Below, piece by piece: positions 55,623 through 64,000 of a stretch of DNA of 64,000 nt. The translations under genes were made by a program, and so were the position numbers. A model generated the notes under the pieces. That model was not told the origin of the DNA and did no database searches. It saw only the letters and a program-made list of their open reading frames with translations. The DNA lies in NCBI GenBank assembly GCA_009377745.1, contig WHTK01000012.1:11742-75741 (forward strand). The letters run 5' to 3'. Numbering within the stretch: the stretch's first letter is position 1; every line of letters starts with the position of its first letter. Origin of the DNA: Dehalococcoidia bacterium. GTDB lineage: Bacteria > Chloroflexota > Dehalococcoidia > DSTF01 > WHTK01.

Positions 55623-56807
55623 TTAGGTCAGACCGGCGAGCTGGTAGGACTTGCCCTCGGTCTTGATGGAGGGGGCGATGACGAGCTCGGCTTCCTGGAA
55701 CTCGCGGATGCTGCGGGCGCCGCACATACCCATTGCAGTGCGGAGGGCGCCGATCAGGTTCTCGCCGCCGTCGTTGCGGGACGTCGGGCCGAAGAGGACC
55801 CGGTCTAGGGTGCTGTTGACGCCGATGGTGATGCGAGAGCCGCGCGGCAGCTCCGCGTGCGGGGTTGCCATGCCCCAGTTGTTGCCGCGACCGGGAGCTT
55901 CCTCGGTGCCGGCGAGGATTGAGCCGAGCATTACGGCGTCGGCGCCGGCGACGATGGCCTTGCAGAGGTCGCCCGACTTCTGGATGCCGCCATCGGTGAT
56001 AACCGGGACGTAGCGGCCGGTGTCGTGATAGTAGGCGTCGCGGGCGGCGGCGCAGTCCATTGTCGCGGTGACCTGCGGGACGCCGATGCCGAGGACCTCG
56101 CGGCTGGTGCAAATGGCGCCGGGTCCGACGCCGACGAGGATGCCGGCGACTCCGGCCTCCATAAGCTCACGGGTGGCGGCATAGCCGACAGTGTTGCCAA
56201 CGACGACAGGGATGGAAAGGTCGCTACAGAACTTCTCGAAACGCAGGCCTTCGAGGCTGGTCGAGATATGGCGCGCCGTCGTAACGGTAGACTGGACAAC
56301 GAAAATGTCGCAGCCGGCTTCGACTGCGACAGGGGCGAACTTCTTGGCGTTCGCGGGCGTACAGGAGACCGCGACGGTGATGCCTTCGCTCTTCATCTGC
56401 TGTACGCGCTTACCGATGAGCTCGAGCTGGATGGGCTGTGTGTAGAACTTCTGCAGGATGGAGGTAACTTTGTTCTTGGGAGCCCTGGCGATTTCTTCGA
56501 AGATGGGGCCGGTGTCAGAGTAGCGGGTCTGGATGCCTTCGAGGTTCAAAACAGCAAGGCCGCCGAGGCGGCCGATTTTCCCTGCGAAGGCTGGGTCAGT
56601 TACGGCGTCCAGCGCCGCGGCAATGATTGGGATGGGAAAGACGAACTCACCCAGGGAGAACGAGACGTTAGTCAGCTCAGGATTGACCGTAAAGGCGCCG
56701 GGGACGATTGCCACATCATCGAACCCGTAGGCGGAGCGCATTGTCTTCAGAGACGCGGGCGTTCCGGCTTCTGATCTGCGAGTTACCTCTAGCGTCATAT
56801 CACCCAC
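55623..56807 (-). CDS. GuaB3-family IMP dehydrogenase-related protein
   Basis: 394 aa. IMPDH-like TIM barrel without CBS domains (FDDVAIVPG ... VAVSCTP ... [13 protein letters not shown] ... GGIQKSGD). The ATG at 56798 is an alternative start. Confidence 0.85.
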   Translation of the reverse strand: MGDMTLEVTRRSEAGTPASLKTMRSAYGFDDVAIVPGAFTVNPELTNVSFSLGEFVFPIPIIAAALDAVTDPAFAGKIGRLGGLAVLNLEGIQTRYSDTGPIFEEIARAPKNKVTSILQKFYTQPIQLELIGKRVQQMKSEGITVAVSCTPANAKKFAPVAVEAGCDIFVVQSTVTTARHISTSLEGLRFEKFCSDLSIPVVVGNTVGYAATRELMEAGVAGILVGVGPGAICTSREVLGIGVPQVTATMDCAAARDAYYHDTGRYVPVITDGGIQKSGDLCKAIVAGADAVMLGSILAGTEEAPGRGNNWGMATPHAELPRGSRITIGVNSTLDRVLFGPTSRNDGGENLIGALRTAMGMCGARSIREFQEAELVIAPSIKTEGKSYQLAGLT

Positions 56808-56906
56808 CCCCGAAACTTATTGAGAAAATATAGCGCACGGCTCCTTGCGGGGTCAACGGCATTTTGTTAAATATCGTTTACCCGCTTTGACAGTAGAGCA
56901 TATACC

Positions 56907-57749
56907 ATGGGAACACTTTTTGTAGTCGCCACACCGATCGGGAACCTGGAAGACGTATCGCTGCGGGCGTTGCGGCTCCTGGGTAGCGTCGGCTTGATCG
57001 CGGCGGAAGACACGCGGACGGCGCGGATCTTGCTCTCCCATCACGGGATCAAGGGGCGGCTGATCAGCTACAACGACCACAACAAGACGAGACGCATCCC
57101 GGAAATCCTCGATGCGCTCGCCGCAGGAGACGTGGCGCTGGTGACCGACGCCGGGACGCCAGCGATCAGCGACCCCGGCGTCGAGCTGGCGGCGGCAGCG
57201 AGGGAGGCGGGATACGCGGTGGTAGCTGTGCCGGGACCGTCGGCAGTAGTGGCGGCGCTCTCCGTGGCGGGCTTGCCGGCTACTCGCTTCAGCTTCGTTG
57301 GCTTCTTGCCGCGAGGCCGAGGTGACCTGAGACGCCTTATCGAGACCTACTTAGCGCGGCCGGAGGCGCTGGTGGCCTTCGAGTCGCCGCGGCGGCTGCG
57401 CGCGAGCCTGGGCGTAATCGCGGAGGTGATGCCGGAGCGGCGCCTCGCGGTTTGCAGAGAGCTAACGAAGCTGCACGAAGAGGTCTTCGTGGGGACGGCA
57501 GCCGAGGCTCTCGATCATTTCAGCCAGCCTCGCGGCGAGATCGTCCTCGTCATTGAGGGGGCGGGTGAGGCAGAGGCGGCAAAGGGTGAGGACGGCGCGG
57601 AGGAAGAGACGCTGCGACGCGAGGTGTCGGAGATGCGGCGGCTGGGGCTGACACGGTCACAGGCGACGGCGCTGCTGGCATCGCGATACGGGGTGTCGCG
57701 GCGTCGTGGATATGAGCTGTGGCTGGCGTCGGAGGAATCGTCCGCCTAG
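56907..57749 (+). CDS. rsmI: 16S rRNA (cytidine1402-2'-O)-methyltransferase RsmI
   Basis: 280 aa. MGTLFVVATPIGNLEDVSLRALRLL..AAEDTR is typical. Confidence 0.9.
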   Translation: MGTLFVVATPIGNLEDVSLRALRLLGSVGLIAAEDTRTARILLSHHGIKGRLISYNDHNKTRRIPEILDALAAGDVALVTDAGTPAISDPGVELAAAAREAGYAVVAVPGPSAVVAALSVAGLPATRFSFVGFLPRGRGDLRRLIETYLARPEALVAFESPRRLRASLGVIAEVMPERRLAVCRELTKLHEEVFVGTAAEALDHFSQPRGEIVLVIEGAGEAEAAKGEDGAEEETLRREVSEMRRLGLTRSQATALLASRYGVSRRRGYELWLASEESSA

Positions 57750-58249
57750 GACTTCACCTTCGCCAGGCCCGCCCTGATCCAGGTCTCGTGCTCAATGTAA
57801 TGCTCGTAGGTGTTGACGGCGATGTGCTCCAGCATGGTACCGGACTCAACGGCGAAAGGCGTCGCGAGATCGGCATCGGTAAGCGCTCCGAGCGCGGTCA
57901 GAAGATCGCGATGTGTCTCCGTATAGGAAGCAGCGACTACCGGCAGGTGGCGGAAGCGCTCGCGCTCGTAGATGAAGTCGTTGAGCTGATCGGTACTGCT
58001 GACGGAGTAGGTAGCGGCGTCAATGCCGAAAGCGTCTTGAGGCGGCTGGTTGAGCAGGGTGGCCAGCAGACGCCGTTCCCAGGCCGTGATGTGCGCGAGG
58101 TGGTCCTTGACCGACCAATCGCCGAGGGCAATCAGCATCTCGGCTTCGGTGAGGTTGTCGATGAGGACATTGAGAGATGCACGCGTTTGGCGGACGAGGT
58201 CGAGGAGGGCTGCGACGCTGTGCGGCGATGGCGGATACTCAATCGTCAT
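57746..58249 (-). CDS. DinB-superfamily / ClbS-DfsB-like four-helix-bundle protein
   Basis: 167 aa. WSVKDHLAHITAWE ... NTYEHYIEH pattern. Family assignment is approximate. Confidence 0.65.
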   Translation of the reverse strand: MTIEYPPSPHSVAALLDLVRQTRASLNVLIDNLTEAEMLIALGDWSVKDHLAHITAWERRLLATLLNQPPQDAFGIDAATYSVSSTDQLNDFIYERERFRHLPVVAASYTETHRDLLTALGALTDADLATPFAVESGTMLEHIAVNTYEHYIEHETWIRAGLAKVKS

Positions 58250-58300
58250 GGATGAAGGTCATCATATGGAGAGCGGGTCTTATGCCATCATGCTAATGAC

Positions 58301-58375
58301 TGGTAGCGCCACGGGGATTCGAACCCCGGTTTGAGCCTTGAGAGGGCTCCGTCCTGGTCCCCTAGACGATGGCGC
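58301..58375 (-). tRNA. tRNA-Glu (anticodon CTC), CCA encoded
   Basis: Reverse complement: GCGCCATCGTCTAGGGGACCAGGACGGAGCCCTCTCAAGGCTCAAACCGGGGTTCGAATCCCCGTGGCGCTACCA. Anticodon loop CTCTCAA. Confidence 0.9.
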
Positions 58376-58458
58376 CAATATTGCCCGCCCTTCGGTCCGT
58401 GGGTTGGGAACCAAGGTGGTTACCCGCGGACCATCCCTTGAGACGAGAGCCGAGCTAG

Positions 58459-58532
58459 TGGCTGGGGAGGGAGGATTCGAACCCCCGCATACGGATCCAG
58501 AGTCCGCTGTCCTACCACTAGACGACTCCCCA
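58459..58532 (-). tRNA. tRNA-Gln (anticodon CTG), CCA encoded
   Basis: Reverse complement: TGGGGAGTCGTCTAGTGGTAGGACAGCGGACTCTGGATCCGTATGCGGGGGTTCGAATCCTCCCTCCCCAGCCA. Anticodon loop CTCTGGA. Confidence 0.9.
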
Positions 58533-58583
58533 AGGGTGCATCAAATCCTAGCATAGGCTTTGGAGCCTGCTCAAACCCCATTG

Positions 58584-59018
58584 CTACCGCCGGCGGGCAA
58601 GGTCGCCGAGCCAGACCATCGTGTCGCCGAAGACAGGGCGCAGAGAGTTGCAAAGGCGCTGATCAGCGGTGATCAAGGGACAATGCTCCTGGAGGGCGAG
58701 GGCGACGTAGAGGCTGTCGTAGACGGAGCGATTATGCTCAACCGCGATCCGGAAGGCTCGCTCTGCCAAAGAGGTAGTCTCCTTCAGCTGAAAGTAGCGT
58801 GGTAGGTTCAAAAGGTCGGCCACGGCGGCGTCAGCGCTGGCCTCTCCTCGACGGAGCTTCTTGAGAAAGACGTTGGCAACTTCGGCGATGATGAGATCGG
58901 GAGCCAGGAGATCGTCAAACCTATCGATTACCGACCACGCTTGAGCCGAATCCCCTTCAGGGAGAAACCATTTGACGGCTACGCTGGCATCAACAACTGC
59001 GCTGGTGCTAGCGGTCAC
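58584..59018 (-). CDS. vapC: PIN-domain toxin VapC
   Basis: 144 aa. VVDASVAVKWF ... SVYDSLYVALA ... LITADQRL carries the PIN acidic residues. Overlaps the antitoxin ORF by 11 nt. Confidence 0.85.
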   Translation of the reverse strand: MTASTSAVVDASVAVKWFLPEGDSAQAWSVIDRFDDLLAPDLIIAEVANVFLKKLRRGEASADAAVADLLNLPRYFQLKETTSLAERAFRIAVEHNRSVYDSLYVALALQEHCPLITADQRLCNSLRPVFGDTMVWLGDLARRR

Positions 59019-59262
59019 GGTCTTCGCGAATTAAGTCCACGCTGTCGGACGTTTGAGGTCCATGCTGCTGGCGTGACCAAGCGGCGAGTTGACGAAGCTC
59101 ATCTGTACGCTGCTGGCGTTGGAGCGCTCGTTCAGCTTCGCGGGCGGCCTCCTCGAGGATGGCACGGACCTCGGCTTGAAGGGAGCGCCGATTCTGCTTG
59201 GCGCGCTGTTTGAGCTCATCGACGGTTTCGGGTGAGAGGTCACGCACGAGTATCTGGCTCAT
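59008..59262 (-). CDS. vapB: antitoxin (FitA/VapB-like ribbon-helix-helix)
   Basis: 84 aa. MSQILVRDLSPETVDELKQRAKQNRRSLQAEVRAILEEA. Confidence 0.75.
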   Translation of the reverse strand: MSQILVRDLSPETVDELKQRAKQNRRSLQAEVRAILEEAAREAERALQRQQRTDELRQLAAWSRQQHGPQTSDSVDLIREDRDR

Positions 59263-59293
59263 ACGTTCATGATAGCAAAATGATAGCAGTGTG

Positions 59294-60781
59294 CTAGAGC
59301 AGGTTAACGGCCACCCTTAGCCGCTCAACGCTGCGCTCCTTGCCGATGATCTCCATCGTCTCGAAAAGGGGCGGCGCGACGGTGCGGGCGGTGAGGGCGA
59401 CGCGCATCAGCATGAAGAGATCGCCGGGCTTGGCATCCATGCGGGTGGCGAGGTCGCGGAAGGCGGCCTCCAGCGCCTCGTGGCTCCAGCCTTCGACCTG
59501 ATCGGCGGCGACCAGCGCCTCGGAGAGGAGGAGTTGGGCGCGGGAGCGGTTATCGCGGAACGTCTTGCCGAGCAGCTGAGCCGGGTCGGGCTCGACGCCG
59601 TCCGGGAGATAGAAGAAGGCCATCATGTCGCGCGCTTCCGGCAGCAGCTTCACGCGCTCGCGGACGAGCGGGACGATGCGGGCCGTGTAGTCGAAGTCCA
59701 ACGGTCGAGCGGCGTTGGATGGCAACCCGCCCTCCGACTCGGGACGCTCCAACCACTCGATCAGGAGGGCGGCGAGCCGCTCGACGGGCATCAGGCGCAT
59801 GTACTCGGCGTTCATCCAGTTGAGCTTCTCGATGTTGAAGATGCCTGGGCTCTTCTGGATGCGGTCGAGGGTGAAGTGCTGGATGAACTCCTCACGCGAG
59901 ATAATCTCCGTCTTGTCGTCCAGCGACCAGCCGAGAAGGCCGAGGAAGTTGAACACGGCCTCCGGCAGGTAGCCGGCGTCGCGGTACTCGAGGACAGACT
60001 GGGCGCCGTGACGCTTCGAGAGCTTGGAGCGGTCCGGGCCGAGGATAGACGCGGTATGGACGAAGACTGGCAGCTCATAACCTAGAGCGTCGAAGATGCG
60101 CCTGTGGAGCGGCGCCGAGGGAAGCCACTCCTCGTTGCGGATGACGTGGCTGATCTCCATCTCGTGGTCGTCCACGGGCATGGCGAGGTGGTAGGTGGGA
60201 AAGCCGTCCGATTTGAGCAGGACGGCATCGTCCAGGCGGGCATTCTCGAAGGTGATCTCACCGCGGACGAAGTCGGAGACAACGGTCTCGCCTTCATCCG
60301 GCATAAAGAACCTGACGACGGGCCTGCGGTCGCCAGCCTCAGCTTTGGCAGCGGCGCGCCCTTCCTCGGTCCGGCAGCGGCCGTCGTAGTGAGGCGGCTC
60401 TTTGAGCTCGCGCTGGCGGGCACGCATCTGATCGAGGCGCTCGGGAGTGCAGTAGCACTCGTAGGCGTGGCCGTCCGCGATGAGCTTTCGCGCGGCCTCC
60501 TTGTAGAGGGGCAGACGCTCGGACTGGAAGTAGGGCTCATGCGGGCCGCCAACTTCCGGGCCTTCGTCCCAGTTGAGGCCGAGCCAGCGTAGGGAGGCCT
60601 CGATCTCCTCCAGGGCGGTAGGCACGAAGCGGTTACGGTCCGTGTCCTCGATTCGCAGAACGAACTTGCCGCCGGTCTTACGCGCGAGCAGCCAGTCGAA
60701 GATCGCCTGGCGCATCGTCCCGATGTGGGGGGTGCCGGTGGGGCTGGGCGCGAGCCGGACGCGTACGGGGCGGTTGGTCAT
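59294..60781 (-). CDS. gltX: glutamate--tRNA ligase
   Basis: 495 aa. RLAPSPTGTPHIGT (HIGH-type motif) and KLSKRH (KMSKS). Confidence 0.95.
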   Translation of the reverse strand: MTNRPVRVRLAPSPTGTPHIGTMRQAIFDWLLARKTGGKFVLRIEDTDRNRFVPTALEEIEASLRWLGLNWDEGPEVGGPHEPYFQSERLPLYKEAARKLIADGHAYECYCTPERLDQMRARQRELKEPPHYDGRCRTEEGRAAAKAEAGDRRPVVRFFMPDEGETVVSDFVRGEITFENARLDDAVLLKSDGFPTYHLAMPVDDHEMEISHVIRNEEWLPSAPLHRRIFDALGYELPVFVHTASILGPDRSKLSKRHGAQSVLEYRDAGYLPEAVFNFLGLLGWSLDDKTEIISREEFIQHFTLDRIQKSPGIFNIEKLNWMNAEYMRLMPVERLAALLIEWLERPESEGGLPSNAARPLDFDYTARIVPLVRERVKLLPEARDMMAFFYLPDGVEPDPAQLLGKTFRDNRSRAQLLLSEALVAADQVEGWSHEALEAAFRDLATRMDAKPGDLFMLMRVALTARTVAPPLFETMEIIGKERSVERLRVAVNLL

Positions 60782-60867
60782 GGCTGCATTCTACCAGTGA
60801 CTACAGTTCAAACCTTCTCCAGGTCGCTGTGAATGACATCGATGCAGTTCTTCGTAAACTTGAGAAA

Positions 60868-61068
60868 CTAGCCGACTCCGGGCGGCGAGGAAGTGAGGTC
60901 TGGCTCATCTCCCTTCCCTAATAAAGCCTCGACAAAGAGTTCATCATGGCGCCGTGCGGCATCTGGTTCAGGATCGGAGGCTATACCTATCCAGGCCATC
61001 GCCTTCCGATTATCGATTCGCCGCTGCTGACTTACGCTGGCTTTTGGAGATGGGTCGTCTTCTTCCAT
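60868..61068 (-). CDS. hypothetical small protein, possible antitoxin-like remnant
   Basis: 66-aa ORF in lower-GC spacer DNA. The motif ...IASDPEPDAARRHDELFVEALLGK resembles the tails of some type II antitoxins. After its TAG the same frame continues FLKFTKNCIDVIHSDLEKV-stop. Confidence 0.3.
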   Translation of the reverse strand: MEEDDPSPKASVSQQRRIDNRKAMAWIGIASDPEPDAARRHDELFVEALLGKGDEPDLTSSPPGVG

Positions 61069-61128
61069 GTACGCATTGTTTCACGCAGACGAGTGGATGT
61101 CAGCCTTTGCTAGCCCAAGCTGCTGTAG

Positions 61129-62025
61129 TTAGAAGAGCTTCTTCAGCGCCTTATCCAGGTCCTCCGGCAGGGGCGCCTCGAAGGTGAGCTCACGGCCGTC
61201 GAGGGGGTGGTGGAAGGTGAGGCGCCAGGCGTGCAGGAACTGGCGCGACACGAGATGCGACGAGGATGAGGCGGCGCGGGCGCTGGCGGCGCCCTTCTTG
61301 CCGTAGACGGGGTCGCCGGCGAGGGGGTGGCCCAGTGAGGCGAAGTGGACGCGGATCTGGTGGGTTCGGCCGGTGATCGGTGAGGCTTCGACCAGGGTAT
61401 AGCCGTCGTAGTAGGTGCGGACGCGGTAGCGGGTCTGGGCGTCGCGGCCGTGGCCGGAGCCGGCGGCGGGACGCACCATCATGCGTCGGCGGTTATTGGG
61501 GTCGCGACCCACCGGCGCATCGATCAGCGCTTCCGGTGGCTCCAGCCGCCCTTCGACCAGCGCCAGGTAGGTCTTGTGCATCTCGCGGTCTTTGAGCTGG
61601 GCGGAGAGGCTGGCATGGGCGCGCTCGTCCTTGGCGACGACGATGAGGCCGGAGGTGTCCTTGTCGAGGCGATGGACGATGCCCGGACGCTGGACGCCGC
61701 CGATACCAGGCAGGTTTGGGCAGTGAGCCAGCAGCGCGTTGACCAGGGTCTGAGTCGCGTGGCCGGGGCCGGGGTGCACCGGCATGCCGGCGGGCTTATC
61801 GACGACCAGGAGATGGTCGTCCTCGTAAAGGATGGTCAGGTCGACGGCCTCCGGTTGAGGCTCGGCGGGAACCGCGGCGGGGACGTGGATGAGGAGCGTC
61901 TCGCCGCCTTCGAGGCGCTCACCGGCCTTGCGGCGGACGCGCCCCCCGTCCTCGCTGACCAAGCCCTCGCCGATCAGGCGCTGGGCCTGGGCGCGGGAGA
62001 CGTCGCAGAGACGCGCGACGGCCAC
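61129..62025 (-). CDS. rluD: RluA-family 23S rRNA pseudouridine synthase (RluD-like)
   Basis: 298 aa. Catalytic HRLDKDTSGL. The S4-like N-terminus (..IGERLDVAVARL..) continues in frame upstream of the GTG at 62025 with no canonical start codon. Confidence 0.88.
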   Translation of the reverse strand: MAVARLCDVSRAQAQRLIGEGLVSEDGGRVRRKAGERLEGGETLLIHVPAAVPAEPQPEAVDLTILYEDDHLLVVDKPAGMPVHPGPGHATQTLVNALLAHCPNLPGIGGVQRPGIVHRLDKDTSGLIVVAKDERAHASLSAQLKDREMHKTYLALVEGRLEPPEALIDAPVGRDPNNRRRMMVRPAAGSGHGRDAQTRYRVRTYYDGYTLVEASPITGRTHQIRVHFASLGHPLAGDPVYGKKGAASARAASSSSHLVSRQFLHAWRLTFHHPLDGRELTFEAPLPEDLDKALKKLF

Positions 62026-62071
62026 GTCGAGCCGCTCACCGATCTTGTTGGCGACGACGCGGTGCAGCGTC

Positions 62072-62626
62072 TCAGTCGGCGTCGGCTTGGGGCTCCGGCT
62101 CCTTCGGCTTGCCGGTCAGGGCAGGGCCGAAGAGCAAAAAGGCGCCTATCGCCACCAGACCGACCACGATGGAGGAGTCGGCGATGTTGAAGGCGGGATA
62201 GTGAGGGAAGTGGAACATGTCCGTCACCTCGCCGAAGCGCAGCCGGTCGAGGAGGTTGCCGACGGCGCCGCCGAGCTGCAGACCCAGGGCGAGGCGGAGC
62301 AGGCCGTGCTCCAGCGGGGGGAAGGCGTAGTAGAAAGCGATAGCGCCGATGGCGACGAAGGCGGTGATCGTCAGGAAGACGCCCTGGCCCTGGAGGATGC
62401 CAAAGGCGGCGCCGGAGTTGGTGACGTGGGTGATCTTGACCAACCAGCTCTCTGACGGCCAGGACTCGCCGATGGCGAGGCCGTTGCGCACCAGCGACTT
62501 CGTCAGCTGATCGAGCGCGAGGACGCCAAGCGCGACCGCGAAGAACGGTAGGTCGCGACGGAGGCGCCGAATTATTGGGCTAGAGAGGCCGCCATCCTGG
62601 ACAGGGTTGGCATCGGTCGCGGTCAT
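62072..62626 (-). CDS. lspA: lipoprotein signal peptidase II
   Basis: 184 aa. NSGAAFG and FNIADSSI(V) catalytic Asp contexts; 4 TM segments. Confidence 0.9.
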   Translation of the reverse strand: MTATDANPVQDGGLSSPIIRRLRRDLPFFAVALGVLALDQLTKSLVRNGLAIGESWPSESWLVKITHVTNSGAAFGILQGQGVFLTITAFVAIGAIAFYYAFPPLEHGLLRLALGLQLGGAVGNLLDRLRFGEVTDMFHFPHYPAFNIADSSIVVGLVAIGAFLLFGPALTGKPKEPEPQADAD

Positions 62627-62713
62627 TGATCGATTCTAGCATCCGGTGGCCTGGCGCCGTTGACGAGGATTGGCAGGGTGAGATTCGCAGAGGCCTGACG
62701 TATAGTTGAGGCG

Positions 62714-63310
62714 ATGAACCTCTTCGGGCGGCGAGAAGCGGAGCGCGAAAAGTGGGGTGACCGCCTGCCGCCCGGCCAGAAGCCGACCGACGGCTGGCCT
62801 GTCCTCCACTACGGCTCGATCCCGAAGATCGACCTGGACACCTGGAGGTTCGAGATTAGCGGCCTGGTGGAGGAGCCGGTCTCGTTCAGCTGGCAGGAGT
62901 TCATGGCGCTGCCGCAGGTCAATCTGCGCAACGACATCCACTGCGTCACGGCCTGGAGCAAGTTCGATAACGACTGGACGGGGGTACCGGTTAGCGAGGT
63001 GCTGAAGCGGGTGCAGCTAAAGCCGGAAGCGAGGCACGTGATGGTGCACTCCTTCGGCGGCTACACGACCAACATCTCGCTCGAAGACCTGAATCGGCCC
63101 GAGAACCTCTTTGCCTTTCAGCACAACGGCGAGTCTTTGACCAAAGAGCACGGCTGGCCGATGCGCCTGGTGGTGCCGCACCTTTACTTCTGGAAGAGCG
63201 CCAAATGGGCCCGTGGCCTGGTGATCCTACCGGAGGAGCGGCCCGGCTTCTGGGAGATGTACGGCTACCACATCCGTGGCGACCCATTCAAAGAGGAACG
63301 CTACTCTTAG
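62714..63310 (+). CDS. sulfite oxidase-like molybdopterin oxidoreductase (short form)
   Basis: 198 aa. FEISGLV..P..FSW.EF ... IHCVTAWS ... GWPMRLVVPHLYFWKSAKW. Confidence 0.8.
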   Translation: MNLFGRREAEREKWGDRLPPGQKPTDGWPVLHYGSIPKIDLDTWRFEISGLVEEPVSFSWQEFMALPQVNLRNDIHCVTAWSKFDNDWTGVPVSEVLKRVQLKPEARHVMVHSFGGYTTNISLEDLNRPENLFAFQHNGESLTKEHGWPMRLVVPHLYFWKSAKWARGLVILPEERPGFWEMYGYHIRGDPFKEERYS

Positions 63311-63584
63311 CAGAGGGGCATCTGGCTCCTAGCGGAGGGCATCTGGCTTCGCTCTCCTTAAGGGGTAATTCGGATTGCGTTGGAGAGGCTGACCCTAGAC
63401 CGCTCTGCTTCGCGGCGAGCCGCTGATTGGGCTGCCCACCTTAAGGTCTGCTATGATACGGCCACTTATGGCCGAAGACGACCATCAACCGCCTGACGCG
63501 GACCCGCCCAGTACGCGTCAGCGATCCACTGACCTCCTGCCTTCGTCACTGCATGGCGCGGAAGCCGTGAGCTAAGGAGCGCAC

Positions 63585-64000
63585 GTGCTTCAGCTTCCGT
63601 TCGAGATCTTCATTGTCCTGGCGCTCATCGTCTTCAACGGCCTTCTGGCCATGGCGGAGCTATCCTTGGTCTCCTCACAGCGCGTTCGCTTGCAGCAGCG
63701 CGCTGAACGTGGAGACGCGGGCGCTGCCGCTGCCCTGGAGCTCGCGAAAGAGCCGACGCGGTTCCTCTCCACCGTACAGGTGGGCATCACCGCGGTAGGA
63801 ATCATCGCCGGTGTTTTCGGTGGCACGCGGATCGCCGGGCGAATAGCGGTCTGGCTGCAAGATGCGGGAGTCAGTGAGGACATCGCGAGCACGGTCAGCT
63901 ATATCGGCGTCGTCTTCATCCTGCTCTACCTTTCGGTCCTATTTGGCGAGCTCGTGCCCAAGCGCATCGCCCTGCAAAACCCGGAGGCGATTGCGGCGCG
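63585..64000 (+). CDS. hemolysin-family protein (DUF21/CNNM transmembrane domain), 3' end beyond the window
   Basis: Not in the ORF track because no stop lies in the window. GTG at 63585 with AAGGAG 5 nt upstream. Translation: VLQLPFEIFIVLALIVFNGLLAMAELSLVSSQRVRLQQ...RFLSTVQVGITAVGI...LFGELVPKRIAL. Confidence 0.8.
   Translation, partial: MLQLPFEIFIVLALIVFNGLLAMAELSLVSSQRVRLQQRAERGDAGAAAALELAKEPTRFLSTVQVGITAVGIIAGVFGGTRIAGRIAVWLQDAGVSEDIASTVSYIGVVFILLYLSVLFGELVPKRIALQNPEAIAA

Overview
High-GC (roughly 60-65% by eye) bacterial chromosomal segment. The gene content, a T-box leader and the repeat families suggest Chloroflexota, but that is inference and not verifiable here. The window is mostly core metabolism and translation. 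It carries nadA plus an NrtR-like regulator, miaB, thrS behind a Thr T-box leader, a biotin carboxylase with a BCCP-like protein, gltBD, and a complete sufR-sufCBD-Rieske-sufS-sufU-sufT operon. It also carries fabF, nfo, rsmI, gltX, rluD, lspA and tRNA-Val, tRNA-Glu and tRNA-Gln. Accessory content is small. There is a frameshifted IS1595-family transposase in a lower-GC islet, a second lower-GC islet (DUF2442 and a TPR-like ORF), two VapBC modules and a degraded GIY-YIG nuclease gene. I found no CRISPR array, rRNA, prophage or recognisable multi-gene defence system. The most unusual content lies between genes:

- A dense superfamily of two-box intergenic repeats, plus several hairpin repeat families.
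- Three places where the 3' end of a gene is duplicated beside an inserted gene or repeat.
- A 10-bp x5 microsatellite that breaks a beta-propeller gene.
- A near-consensus promoter embedded in a perfect 17-bp inverted repeat, in front of a 28-codon hydrophobic ORF and a DedA gene.
- A 21-bp palindrome upstream of nadA that fits an NrtR operator.

Several conserved genes carry single-nucleotide frameshifts. These may be assembly indels rather than biology. All functional calls rest on motif and family recognition by eye; no database search was possible.
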